A stretch of 64,000 nucleotides of DNA from Candidatus Saccharimonadales bacterium. GTDB lineage: Bacteria > Patescibacteriota > Saccharimonadia > Saccharimonadales > 2-12-FULL-41-12. This document shows, one piece after another, positions 8,926 through 18,663 of this stretch. Location: assembly GCA_025451045.1 (NCBI GenBank), contig JANWLD010000001.1:407468-471467 (forward strand), written 5' to 3'. Below the pieces are notes generated by a model. It ran no database searches. It had not been told where the DNA came from and saw nothing but the letters and a program-made list of their open reading frames with translations. Numbering within the stretch: position 1 is the first letter of the stretch; each line of letters opens with the position of its first letter. Position numbers and translations under genes: made by a program.

Positions 8926-9516
8926 ATGAAACTTTATAAAAACCAAAAAGGCTTTGGGGGAATCGAAGCCTTGATAATAGTAGTCATTATAGGGCTGATC
9001 GGAGGAGTTGGATATTATGTTTATAACAGACAGACCTCTAAAAATGAAGAACCACAAACAGCCGCGATAGTAAAAGAAGAAAATCCAAAAACAATAACAA
9101 AAGAGTCTCTCCCAGAACTTGTTGATTACGGAGAAGATGGCATTTCAGTTACTAAAAAATCGGACGCAAAAAAACTTTATGACACAAGCGAGTCGTTTAA
9201 GGCTTTTATAGCCTCCAGAGTTCCTGAAAAAGAAGCTCCCCTGGACCCTACTAAATGTAATGAAAGCCAAGGTTTCTATGTACGAAAAGTATACAAGGAT
9301 AAGTTTGCTATAGGAAATGCCTGCGCTGACAATATTGCCGGTTTTATTATATGGGCAAAAGAGGATGATCAATGGGGAAAGCTAATAGTAAGCTCCGAAC
9401 AACTGTCCTGTGAATTTATTAATAAGCATAATATTCCCGCTAAATTAGACAGTAATCTAGAAGCCTGTTATGTGGAAAAATCAGATGGTGATTTGGTCAA
9501 AAAGAACCTGAATTAA
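8926..9516 (+). CDS. type IV pilin-like (prepilin-type N-terminus) protein
   Basis: Class III signal KG|FGGIEALIIVVIIGLIGGVGYYVY: Gly-Phe cleavage site, Glu at +5 and a hydrophobic helix. Cys pairs occur in the C-terminal part. Confidence 0.7.
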   Translation: MKLYKNQKGFGGIEALIIVVIIGLIGGVGYYVYNRQTSKNEEPQTAAIVKEENPKTITKESLPELVDYGEDGISVTKKSDAKKLYDTSESFKAFIASRVPEKEAPLDPTKCNESQGFYVRKVYKDKFAIGNACADNIAGFIIWAKEDDQWGKLIVSSEQLSCEFINKHNIPAKLDSNLEACYVEKSDGDLVKKNLN

Positions 9517-9547
9517 AACCTGACTTCTTGGTATAATCATTAGCGTA

Positions 9548-10405
9548 ATGACGAAGAGTCTGAGTATTGCTGAATTGGAGCAAAAAGCGACCGAAATACG
9601 CGAAAGCATAATTCGGATGCTGGAACATGCCGGCAGCGGACACTCCGCTGGCTCGCTAGGACTAGCCGATATATTTACCGCGCTATATTTTGATATTTTA
9701 AAATGCGAACCGAAGAAACCGGACTGGGATGGGCGCGATATTTTGTTGCTTAGTAACGGCCACACCGTACCAGTCCAATATGCCGCTTTAGCTCACGCTG
9801 GCTATTTTCCCAAAGGAGAGTTGATTACCCTGCGCAGGTTTGGTTCACGCCTGCAAGGCCATCCCGAAAGAACCAAGCTGCCGGGGCTGGAAACTACCAG
9901 TGGCCCCTTGGGCTGCGGATTAAGCCAGGCAGCTGGGATGGCACTGGCGATGCGAATGGATAAAATTACTCATCGCTGGGTGTATGTAGTGATGGGCGAC
10001 GGCGAACTGGACGAAGGCAATATCTGGGAAGCGGCGATGCTGGCGGGCAAATATAAGCTCAGTAACGTTATAGGTATAATCGACAGAAATAATATTCAAA
10101 TAGACGGCCCTACGGAAAGCGTTATGCCGTTGGAGAACTTGCATGAAAAATGGGAAGCATTCGGCTGGCATGTACTGGAAATAGATGGAAACAATATGCA
10201 AGAAATCATTGATGCGTGTGCGCTGGCTCGTTCGATAATCGAAAAACCGGTTGTCATAATCGCCCATACTATTCCGGGCAAGGGCGTGGATTTTATGGAA
10301 TATGACTTTCACTGGCATGGCAAAGCGCCGAACAAAGAAGAAGCTAAGAAAGCTTTGAATGAACTACGTACGCTTAAGGGGAAAATACGAAGTGAACATG
10401 AGTAA
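9548..10405 (+). CDS. transketolase, N-terminal (TPP-binding) subunit
   Basis: GHSAGSLG and GDGELDEGNIWEA motifs. The 285-aa length is typical of split transketolases. Confidence 0.9.
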   Translation: MTKSLSIAELEQKATEIRESIIRMLEHAGSGHSAGSLGLADIFTALYFDILKCEPKKPDWDGRDILLLSNGHTVPVQYAALAHAGYFPKGELITLRRFGSRLQGHPERTKLPGLETTSGPLGCGLSQAAGMALAMRMDKITHRWVYVVMGDGELDEGNIWEAAMLAGKYKLSNVIGIIDRNNIQIDGPTESVMPLENLHEKWEAFGWHVLEIDGNNMQEIIDACALARSIIEKPVVIIAHTIPGKGVDFMEYDFHWHGKAPNKEEAKKALNELRTLKGKIRSEHE

Positions 10406-10411
10406 TCGTCC

Positions 10412-10510
10412 ATACTTTCATTCTAAAGGGCGCTCTTTCACCTATGAATTTCTTGCTTATGGCAGGAAATTCAAGGGAAGCGCTAGCAAACCCTTTAGAT
10501 TCGAAAGTAT
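10412..10510. repeat. 99-nt imperfect palindrome between the two transketolase subunit genes
   Basis: ATACTTTCATTCTAAAGGG...GAATTTC, a 13-nt loop, then GAAATTC...CCCTTTAGATTCGAAAGTAT. It is not related to the GTAGTGAGC family. Confidence 0.6.
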
Positions 10511-10532
10511 TCACTTTGGGAAGAGGCTATAA

Positions 10533-11504
10533 GTGAGGGAGCTTCATTTAGTTAAGGATGTATTGGCTAAGGACATCGTACTGGAGGCCAACCGAAAAGG
10601 TTTTGGCCGCGGCTTACTTGCCATAGGCAAAATTAATGAAAATATCGTCGCGGCTTGTGCCGATTTAACGGAATCAACCCAGATACACTTGTTTGCCGAG
10701 GCTTTTCCAGAGCGTTTTATAGAAGTAGGCGTAGCCGAACAAAATTTAGCGACTCTTGGTTCCGGTTTGAGCGCCATGGGTAAAATCCCATTTATCTCCA
10801 GCTACGCGGCTTTCAGTCCGGGTCGCAACTGGGAGCAGATAAGGACGACCATCTGCCTAAACGACCGGCCGGTAAAGATAGTCGGCGCCCATGCCGGACT
10901 TTACACCGGAGCTGACGGCGCGACGCATCAAGTGCTGGAGGATATCGCGCTGATGCGGGCTTTGCCAAACATGGCAGTTATCGTACCGGGCGATAGCGTT
11001 GAGGCTGAAAAGGCAGTTGCAGCGATGGCAAATGACCACCGCCCGAATTATCTTCGATTAACACGTGAGCCAACACCGGTACTGACCACAAGCAAAACAC
11101 CGTTTGAAATCGGTAAAGCCTACGTTTATGCCGAAGGAAAAGATTTGACTGTCATTTCTACCGGGGTAATGACTTATCAGGCTATGGTTGCGGCCGAGCA
11201 TCTGTTTAAAGAAGGGATTGACTTGGAGGTTATTCACGTACCAACGATAAAACCGCTGGATTCGCTTACTATTCTCCACAGTGTCCATAAGACTAAAAAA
11301 GTTATAACCGTCGAAGAACATCAAATAAATGGCGGGTTAGGCGGCGCGGTTGCTGAGCTTTTGGCCGAAGAATTTCCGGTACCTGTTAAACGAATCGGGG
11401 TGCGCGATAAATTCGGCCAATCCGGCAAACCCGATGAACTACTAGAACATTACGGGCTGACATCGAAACACATCATGGCACAGGCCCGCAAGATGGTAAA
11501 ATAA
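10533..11504 (+). CDS. transketolase, C-terminal (pyrimidine-binding) subunit
   Basis: EVGVAEQNLATLGSGLS and the C-terminal domain are present. GTG start with SD GGAAGAGG 6 nt upstream; the start position is uncertain. Confidence 0.85.
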   Translation: MRELHLVKDVLAKDIVLEANRKGFGRGLLAIGKINENIVAACADLTESTQIHLFAEAFPERFIEVGVAEQNLATLGSGLSAMGKIPFISSYAAFSPGRNWEQIRTTICLNDRPVKIVGAHAGLYTGADGATHQVLEDIALMRALPNMAVIVPGDSVEAEKAVAAMANDHRPNYLRLTREPTPVLTTSKTPFEIGKAYVYAEGKDLTVISTGVMTYQAMVAAEHLFKEGIDLEVIHVPTIKPLDSLTILHSVHKTKKVITVEEHQINGGLGGAVAELLAEEFPVPVKRIGVRDKFGQSGKPDELLEHYGLTSKHIMAQARKMVK

Positions 11505-11508
11505 CCAA

Positions 11509-12408
11509 ATGCCGCTTAGCATAAGAGAAATAAGAGAAAATACGGCCTCTGTCAGAAAACTGATGGAGCGCGCCCGGCGTGACAAATTCGCCGTTGGCGC
11601 GTTCAATCTGGATAATCAGGAGACGCTTAAAGCTGTTTGCCGCGCGGCATTGGCCAAGAAGTCACCGGTATTGGTCGAAGTCGGCCACGATGAAGTCCAG
11701 TCAATCGGCATAGAAAACATCCGTGATATGGTTGACAACTACAAACGAGAACTGGGAATTGAGATTTTTTTGAATCTTGACCACAGTCCTACGCTGGAAG
11801 CCGCTATAGCCGGGATTGAAAATGGCTTTGAGTTTATTCATATCGATATTTCAGGAGCCGATCCCAATGCCAGCGAGGAGGAAATAATTGGCAAAACCAA
11901 GATGGTCGCTGACTATGCCCGGTTAACTGGAGCAGTGGTTGAGAGTGAGCCGCATTACTACAACGCTAATAAGGCCAAAGTCGATTATGAAGAAATAAAA
12001 AAAACTTTTTCCAGTCCAAAAGACGCGAAAAGTTTCGTTCACGCTACAGGAATTGATACTTACGCCGCCTCAGTCGGTAACTTACATCACACGTACCCTG
12101 TGCCCAAGATTCTAGACTTGGAACTGCTCAAGCAGATTCGTGCCGCATTAGATTGCAATATCAGTCTGCATGGAGGCAGCGGCATACCGGCGCATTATTT
12201 CAAAGATGCAATCAGGCTGGGAGTGACAAAGATAAATGTTAACTCTGATATACGAACCGCTTTCCGACTCTCGCTAGAAAAAATACTTAAAGAAAATCCG
12301 GATGAGATTGCTGTTTCTAAGCTAATGGATGGAGTTATCAGCGCCGTACAAAAGATAGTGGAAGAGAAAATAGACTTATTCGGTTCCGTTGGCAAAGCAA
12401 AACCATGA
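11509..12408 (+). CDS. fba: class II fructose/ketose-bisphosphate aldolase
   Basis: AFNLDN, LNLDHS and LHGGSG motifs of the class II aldolase family. Confidence 0.85.
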   Translation: MPLSIREIRENTASVRKLMERARRDKFAVGAFNLDNQETLKAVCRAALAKKSPVLVEVGHDEVQSIGIENIRDMVDNYKRELGIEIFLNLDHSPTLEAAIAGIENGFEFIHIDISGADPNASEEEIIGKTKMVADYARLTGAVVESEPHYYNANKAKVDYEEIKKTFSSPKDAKSFVHATGIDTYAASVGNLHHTYPVPKILDLELLKQIRAALDCNISLHGGSGIPAHYFKDAIRLGVTKINVNSDIRTAFRLSLEKILKENPDEIAVSKLMDGVISAVQKIVEEKIDLFGSVGKAKP

Positions 12409-12477
12409 GCGTATTGCAATAAACAGTTGCCTTTGACAAAATATTAATGAATAACTAACAAACAGGTGGGCATTTGA

Positions 12478-13476
12478 ATGAGCCAAATTGATGTACTAAG
12501 TGTCGGGGATGTGGTAACGGATGCGTTTATCAAGCTTTTGAATGACCGGGCGGCCGTACAAAAGACCGAACGCGGACAATTGCTGACCATGCCGTTTGGT
12601 ACCAAAATTCCTTATGATCACACCGAAGTGTTGAACGCTGTCGGCAATGCGCCGAATGCGGCGGTAAATTTTGCCAAACTCGGGCTTAAATCCGGACTGG
12701 TTGCCAATGTCGGTGGAGATTCAGCCGGCCGGGATATCATCAACACTTTAGAACATGCCGATGTCGATACCCGCTACGTGCACATCAACCCGAAAAAGAA
12801 AAGCAACTACCACTACGTACTTTGGTATAAAGAGGAAAGAACTATTTTAATCAAGCACGAAGAATACGATTATCATTGGCCGCACCTGCCTGCAAAAGAA
12901 ATCCCAAAGTGGATTTACTTCAGTTCCATCAGTAAAAATGCTTTGGATTTTCATGATGATCTGGTTTCTTGGCTGGGAAAGTATCCTGAAGTAAAGATGG
13001 CCTTCCAGCCCGGTACTTTTCAGATGGAGGCTGGCGTAGAACGCATGAAGCGGGTTTATGCCCGCAGCGAACTGGTCGCCATGAACCGCGAGGAAGCGGT
13101 TTATGTGACCGGCGGTAAATATGAGGATATCAACGACCTGATGGATCAGTTGCACAGTCTGGGTCCAAAAATAGTAATGATAAGCGACGGGCCGAAGGGC
13201 AGTTATGCCAGTGACGGGAATAATCGTTTCAAGATGCCAATATATCCGGATCCTAAACCACCGGTTGAGAGGACAGGTGCAGGCGATGCTTTTACTTCAA
13301 CCTTTGTTGCCGCGATTGTAATGGGCAATACCGTGGATGGCGCGTTGCAATGGGCACCAATAAGCTCGATGAACGTAGTCCAGCACGTTGGAGCGCAGGC
13401 TGGCTTGCTCAGCGAAAGAGAACTGGCAGAATATCTTAAAAAAGCCCCGGCTCATTATAAACCGGAGCGATTGTAG
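12478..13476 (+). CDS. PfkB-family carbohydrate kinase
   Basis: Ribokinase-like fold signature with a C-terminal TGAGDAF motif. The substrate cannot be inferred. Confidence 0.8.
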   Translation: MSQIDVLSVGDVVTDAFIKLLNDRAAVQKTERGQLLTMPFGTKIPYDHTEVLNAVGNAPNAAVNFAKLGLKSGLVANVGGDSAGRDIINTLEHADVDTRYVHINPKKKSNYHYVLWYKEERTILIKHEEYDYHWPHLPAKEIPKWIYFSSISKNALDFHDDLVSWLGKYPEVKMAFQPGTFQMEAGVERMKRVYARSELVAMNREEAVYVTGGKYEDINDLMDQLHSLGPKIVMISDGPKGSYASDGNNRFKMPIYPDPKPPVERTGAGDAFTSTFVAAIVMGNTVDGALQWAPISSMNVVQHVGAQAGLLSERELAEYLKKAPAHYKPERL

Positions 13477-13488
13477 AAACCCTAAGCC

Positions 13489-14676
13489 ATGTCCAAACTA
13501 ATATCCGAAATACTGGGAATCTCCGGGCCTTCCTTCTTCTTGCAAATTGAGGAACTGGAACGTTTGAGCCATCGTCCCGGTGTGGATATCCGACTTTCCA
13601 GCGAGCTACAGCAACTTTTCAAAGAAAAGACCAGGCTCGTTGGATTGGACGAAAATGATACCACCGCCGAAGAACTATATTTTGCCACGGCCCGGCTTGC
13701 ACTTAAAGAATCCGACGAACTGGCCAAATCCATTGGAGTAGAGGAAAATGATTCATCCCGGCAAATGGTTGAGAAGTCAATCGGTTTCGTTGAAAAACGC
13801 CTTGGCACCAAAAACATATGGGCGCTCAAGCCAAGTGTGACCCGCAAACAATTGAAAGATAATCCGCCGAAGAAATTGATGAAAACTTTTGGCATACGTT
13901 CAATCGATTCGGTCTTAAAACGGGAACGCGTATCAATGCTTTACTGTTTCGCCAAATTCAGTGAACCGCCGTCTTGGTTTGCCAAATACTCAGCTCAGGC
14001 GGCAAAGCTTACTAACAGTGATTTTGACAACCAGATTCTGCAAATTTCTGTGGTGCCTGACGAGCGCTGTAACCAGTTATCCAAAACGGGTATAAAACTC
14101 AGCCAGATAATTTATTTTGACCAGGAATCGGCCGCTATAGAAGTGTGTCCGCCGTCGAAGCGGTTCAAAGGCGACGTGCTGTTTTTGATAGAGCATTTAT
14201 TTCAGCAAATTAAAGATATGCTCAGGCGCTCGGCTTACTATAAGACCCAAGGGTTAAAACCGGGGTTTTTTACCAAGCTTGGCAATATTCGCTCTAACGG
14301 CTTTGCGGCCGTGGAAACCGAGAACTATCCGTTTGACTGGCCAACAGTTGTATACGCAACTACCGAACTGGGAATTCCGGGTCTGATTCAGGCCGATGAA
14401 CCATTCTTGTCCAACGAGGAATTGATAGTACCCAGTCTGTCACAGCTTATCAATGCGGATTTTTGGAAACAACCCTTCGCTGTCTACAGGCAGTCTCCGG
14501 TTACCATACCTTTTAATCTTTCGGATATGGTCATCAACGCCATTAACAATACGCCGCCTGAACAAGCTTACATTGAAAATGCGAAAATAAATCTGAAAAA
14601 TGAACTTTTTGCCCGCTATTTGAAGCACGAACCGCTTCGCAACCACCTAGCTAATTTAAATGAATACGAAGCTTGA
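13489..14676 (+). CDS. hypothetical protein (395 aa)
   Basis: Long ORF tightly packed after the kinase gene (12-nt gap). No motif recognised. Confidence 0.6.
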   Translation: MSKLISEILGISGPSFFLQIEELERLSHRPGVDIRLSSELQQLFKEKTRLVGLDENDTTAEELYFATARLALKESDELAKSIGVEENDSSRQMVEKSIGFVEKRLGTKNIWALKPSVTRKQLKDNPPKKLMKTFGIRSIDSVLKRERVSMLYCFAKFSEPPSWFAKYSAQAAKLTNSDFDNQILQISVVPDERCNQLSKTGIKLSQIIYFDQESAAIEVCPPSKRFKGDVLFLIEHLFQQIKDMLRRSAYYKTQGLKPGFFTKLGNIRSNGFAAVETENYPFDWPTVVYATTELGIPGLIQADEPFLSNEELIVPSLSQLINADFWKQPFAVYRQSPVTIPFNLSDMVINAINNTPPEQAYIENAKINLKNELFARYLKHEPLRNHLANLNEYEA

Positions 14677-14677
14677 T

Positions 14678-15241
14678 ATGTATCAGATTTGCGTATCCGG
14701 ATCATCCCGCGGCAAGAGTGCTGAAGAAGGTAAAAAATTAGCTGCTGAAGCCGGGCAAGCAGTTGCAAAAACCGGCAATGGTTTGCTTACCGGCGCGACA
14801 ATCGGACTGCCTGAGCACGCCGCAAAAGCCTACATAAAAGCCGGCGGTAAAATATCGATAGGCATTAGCCCGGCGGCTTCCAAGATTGAGCACGTACTCA
14901 AATACAGGTTGCCGACCAAATCGTATCATTCCATCTTGTTTACCGGCTTGCATTACACCGGCCGCGATGTGTTGTTAATAAACTCATCGGATGCTGTAAT
15001 TTTTGTCGGTGGCCGGATAGGCACGCTGCATGAATTTACCATTGCCATGGAGCGGGACAAGCCAATAGCTTTTTTGCAGGGCGCAGGCGGAATTAGCGAC
15101 GATATCATGAACATTCTGCATGCCGCCGGCAAGCACCGATCGGACGACATATTGTTCGGCGAGGATGCCGATGAACTGACCCGCGCGCTGATAGATTTAT
15201 TGGATAAAAGACATAAAAAATACCTGAAGCTCTACGAATAA
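14678..15241 (+). CDS. TIGR00725/LOG-like Rossmann-fold protein
   Basis: ICVSGSSRG, LTGATIGLP and VIFVGGRIGTLHEF (GGxGTxxE-like) motifs. ATG 14678 lies just after the upstream TGA (TGATATG) and is preferred to 14660. Confidence 0.7.
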   Translation: MYQICVSGSSRGKSAEEGKKLAAEAGQAVAKTGNGLLTGATIGLPEHAAKAYIKAGGKISIGISPAASKIEHVLKYRLPTKSYHSILFTGLHYTGRDVLLINSSDAVIFVGGRIGTLHEFTIAMERDKPIAFLQGAGGISDDIMNILHAAGKHRSDDILFGEDADELTRALIDLLDKRHKKYLKLYE

Positions 15242-15276
15242 CGGATTGAAGATTTACCGACTGGTACAATTAATAG

Positions 15277-17235
15277 GTGAAGTTCGGACTTAAAAGTGAT
15301 TACAAGCCGACGGGTGACCAGCCGACGGCGATAAAAAAACTGATAGATGGATTGAAATCGGATAGAAAAGAACAGGTGCTACTTGGTGTGACAGGGTCGG
15401 GTAAGACCTTTACCATGGCCAATATTGTCGCTGAGTGCCAAAAACCGACCTTGGTACTTTGCCATAACAAAACTTTGGCGGCACAGCTATACAGTGAATT
15501 TAAATCGTTCTTTCCAAATAACGCTGTTCACTATTTTGTCAGTTATTTTGACTATTACCAGCCCGAAGCTTACATGGTTCGTTCTGATACGTATATAGAA
15601 AAAGATTCGCAGATAAACGAAGAAATCGATCGTTTGCGCCATGCGGCGACTTCGTCACTGCTTTCGCGCCGGGATGTCTTGATAGTAGCCAGCGTAAGCT
15701 GCATCTATGGCATCGGTTCGGTGGAAGATTACGGTGATTTGGCGGTAGAGATAAAAGCCGGAGAAACCCGAAAACGCGATAAATTGCTCCGGCATTTGAC
15801 AGATATCCAATACCAGCGCAACGATATCGATTTTCACCGCGGAACATTTCGTGTCCGGGGCGATGTCGTTGATATTTTTCCGGCTGGAGAAGAGACAGCA
15901 TACCGGATTGAACTTTTTGGCGACGAAATAGAAAAAATTACCAAAATAGAGCCGTTGACCGGAGAAATACTGGCTAATTTGAACAACATAAAGATCTATC
16001 CCAGTAGCCACTACGTCACACCCAACGAAAAGCTTAAAATGGCTTTAGGCAAAATAAGGACAGAGTTGGACGAACGGCTGGAATTTTTTAACAAAACCGG
16101 ACAATTACTCGAAGCACAGCGTATAGCCCAACGGACAAAATTTGACCTTGAGATGCTTGAGGAGACCGGTTTTGTTAAGGGAATTGAAAACTATAGCCGC
16201 TATTTGACCAATCGTGAGGCGGGGGAACAGCCAGCGACTTTGCTGGATTATTTCCCTGATGACTACCTGATGTTCATCGATGAAAGCCACATGACGATTC
16301 CGCAGGTCCGCGGCATGTACAACGGCGATAGGGCACGCAAGGAAGTACTGGTGGAACACGGCTTTAGACTGCCCAGCGCGCTGGATAACCGGCCGCTTAC
16401 CTTCAGCGAATTTGAAAAACATATTAATAAAGTAGTTTACGTCAGTGCCACACCGGCAGAGTATGAACTGACCCGCAGTCCAGAGCCAATACAGCAGATT
16501 ATCCGGCCAACCGGTCTGGTTGACCCGGAGATAGAAACCCGGCCTGTAAAAGATCAGGTAGATGATTTGATAGCCGAAATTCGTGCTACTGTGGAAAAAC
16601 ACCAGCGGGTTTTGGTTACGACGCTGACCAAACGCATGGCCGAGGATTTGAGTGAATATTTGCAGGAGCTGAATATGAAGGTCGCGTATCTACACAGCGA
16701 GATTGACACGCTAGAACGAACCGACATCTTGCGTGATTTGCGTTTGGGAGTATACGACGTTGTGGTTGGTATAAATTTACTTCGCGAAGGACTGGATTTG
16801 CCGGAAGTTTCACTGGTAGCGATTTTGGATGCCGACAAAGAAGGTTTTCTTCGCAGCGACCAGGCATTGATTCAGACCATCGGCCGTGCCGCCCGGCATC
16901 AAGAAGGAAGAGTTATAATGTACGCTGACAAAATTACCGGCAGTATGAAACGAGCGATTGATGAGACCGATAGGCGTCGCAAAATACAGGAAGACTACAA
17001 CAAGAAACATGGCATTACACCGAAAAGTATTGCCAAAAATATTGATAAAGGGCTAAGGCCGGACATGCCGGACAGCGAAAAATCAAAACTCGATTTGAAA
17101 AAAGTGCCGAAAGACGAGTACAAACACTTGATTCGTGATTTGAACAGGCAGATGGAATTAGCCGCGGCCAACTTACAATTCGAACGTGCTGCCGAACTGC
17201 GCGATATGATCAAAGAAATAGAGGCTAAGCTCTAG
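15277..17235 (+). CDS. uvrB: excinuclease ABC subunit B
   Basis: [15 protein letters not shown], helicase motifs and a C-terminal UVR domain ([11 protein letters not shown]). Confidence 0.95.
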   Translation: MKFGLKSDYKPTGDQPTAIKKLIDGLKSDRKEQVLLGVTGSGKTFTMANIVAECQKPTLVLCHNKTLAAQLYSEFKSFFPNNAVHYFVSYFDYYQPEAYMVRSDTYIEKDSQINEEIDRLRHAATSSLLSRRDVLIVASVSCIYGIGSVEDYGDLAVEIKAGETRKRDKLLRHLTDIQYQRNDIDFHRGTFRVRGDVVDIFPAGEETAYRIELFGDEIEKITKIEPLTGEILANLNNIKIYPSSHYVTPNEKLKMALGKIRTELDERLEFFNKTGQLLEAQRIAQRTKFDLEMLEETGFVKGIENYSRYLTNREAGEQPATLLDYFPDDYLMFIDESHMTIPQVRGMYNGDRARKEVLVEHGFRLPSALDNRPLTFSEFEKHINKVVYVSATPAEYELTRSPEPIQQIIRPTGLVDPEIETRPVKDQVDDLIAEIRATVEKHQRVLVTTLTKRMAEDLSEYLQELNMKVAYLHSEIDTLERTDILRDLRLGVYDVVVGINLLREGLDLPEVSLVAILDADKEGFLRSDQALIQTIGRAARHQEGRVIMYADKITGSMKRAIDETDRRRKIQEDYNKKHGITPKSIAKNIDKGLRPDMPDSEKSKLDLKKVPKDEYKHLIRDLNRQMELAAANLQFERAAELRDMIKEIEAKL

Positions 17236-18307
17236 CGGCAGCCAGACCGTAACCGGCTTTTATAATGGTGCTGAGACTTAGGTTGCCTAGCCTATTTGTT
17301 TTTTCACTTGGTGGCAAGTCAAGCTCTCTGACCTCTTGCAGCATGTCTTCATTAAAATCACCGTCGATTCCCCGCATTTCCGCCAGAGCATCAAACCTGT
17401 GGAATGGACCGGCCAATACTTTTGGATCCGGTATTCTCATATGCCGGCCTTTCATCATCTTGATAGTCATATTTGGCCTTTCATCTGTCATACCTTCCCA
17501 AATATCGGCCTGAGACCAGCCGTCTTTATCCAGCAGGGTAATATGGGTAGGTGTCTCATGATTGGTCCAAGACAGCCTGCCGGCATCGCCGTTCCAAAGT
17601 TTTGGAATCACTTTCAGGTAGTGTTGCCAGTCGGCCGGCTTTTTACTGAATGTTTTACGCTGGTTGGTTATTCCTCTAGGGCCTATACGAAGCAAGTGCC
17701 TGCCGAGTTCAACCGCTTCAAAACCGGCCTGAATGATAGTTTCCGGCAGTTCCTCGGCCTTGGGTGGACGGGGGAAACAAGGCGCAATGACATCAGTATA
17801 TTCCATGTTGCCTAGACCTAGAGCAATAGCTGCCGCTCGCGAAGACCCATAACCCAAAACCGATGGGCGCAAATCACTGTTTTTAAGAACATGACTGACA
17901 ATGTAGTCCATATTATGTACGGAATCGCGCAGGGTAGCGGCCAAGGCTTTATCAACCGGGCTGACAAAAATAGTTGGATAACCCATATCGTTGAATCGCC
18001 CGTTAACTTTGGCATTAAATCCTTCCCTGCCAACCAACCAGGGGGTGGTATCCACTATTGCGGTATCACTCCGCGGTTCACTCGGCTGGGTAAACTCCAT
18101 TTCATAAATGTTGCCGTCGGCCATGGTATAACGGTCAAGGCGTATCTGATGTCCATTTTGTAGGTTAGTATTAACTGGATCTATCACCACAATCCCACCG
18201 ACTAAAAAACCCTCAGATATCTGAGGGTCGGCTTCAAACTTCGGCTGCCCGGCTGTTATTTCCGGGCTTGCTACTCCTGTATGTAAGGTTGCAGCAGATC
18301 CTGCCAT
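17225..18307 (-). CDS. hypothetical protein, possible alpha/beta-hydrolase
   Basis: 360-aa [17 protein letters not shown] resembles a G-x-S-x-A nucleophile elbow. Its 3' end overlaps the uvrB 3' end by 11 nt (convergent). Confidence 0.5.
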   Translation of the reverse strand: MAGSAATLHTGVASPEITAGQPKFEADPQISEGFLVGGIVVIDPVNTNLQNGHQIRLDRYTMADGNIYEMEFTQPSEPRSDTAIVDTTPWLVGREGFNAKVNGRFNDMGYPTIFVSPVDKALAATLRDSVHNMDYIVSHVLKNSDLRPSVLGYGSSRAAAIALGLGNMEYTDVIAPCFPRPPKAEELPETIIQAGFEAVELGRHLLRIGPRGITNQRKTFSKKPADWQHYLKVIPKLWNGDAGRLSWTNHETPTHITLLDKDGWSQADIWEGMTDERPNMTIKMMKGRHMRIPDPKVLAGPFHRFDALAEMRGIDGDFNEDMLQEVRELDLPPSEKTNRLGNLSLSTIIKAGYGLAAARA

Positions 18308-18373
18308 TTCATTAACCTTTTTATTTAATAATTACTTAATCATAATGATATTGCTAAAACGAAGTGTTGTAAA

Positions 18374-18450
18374 CCCCGTAGTGAGCTTTCGAGACCGCCA
18401 CTTTGTGGCGCTTCGCTTCTTGAGCGAACAACTCGAAAGTCTACTACGGG
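18374..18450 (+). repeat. GTAGTGAGC-type palindromic element, copy 2
   Basis: CCCCGTAGTGAGCTTTCGAG ... CTCGAAAGTCTACTACGGG with two internal mini-hairpins. Flanked by GTAAA on both sides. Confidence 0.75.
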
Positions 18451-18663
18451 GTAAAGATAGATTATTAAGCTGTATCTTTGGTATACTTTTAACACTATAT
18501 GGCAAAAAGAACTCATCTGAACGCACTTTTTTATTTGCGAAACAATTATCTGACGCGAATAGCCAGCGTGTCAGGTGAAAAAGGCGTGTTAAGTAACACG
18601 CCGCTGAACAGCATATGCTGGATAACGTGTCAGAAATTGATGCAGCAGAAAGAGGTTGTTTAG

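Noticed and set aside
16105-16602. Antisense ORFs inside long genes. Examples: 16105-16602 in uvrB, 25741-26292 and 26557-27024 in dnaE, 18954-19484 in gatA, 35524-36048 in pepN, 38528-38986 in nusA, 17336-17815 in the 360-aa ORF.
   Set aside because: These are shadow ORFs opposite well-supported genes. They have low-complexity or biased composition and no start signals.
18499-18663. 54-codon ORF (MAKRTHLNALFYL...) ending at the TAG immediately before the gatC ATG
   Set aside because: It has no SD and runs through the palindromic leader structures. It contains the gatC SD and its sequence gives no sign of coding. It was treated as 5' UTR.
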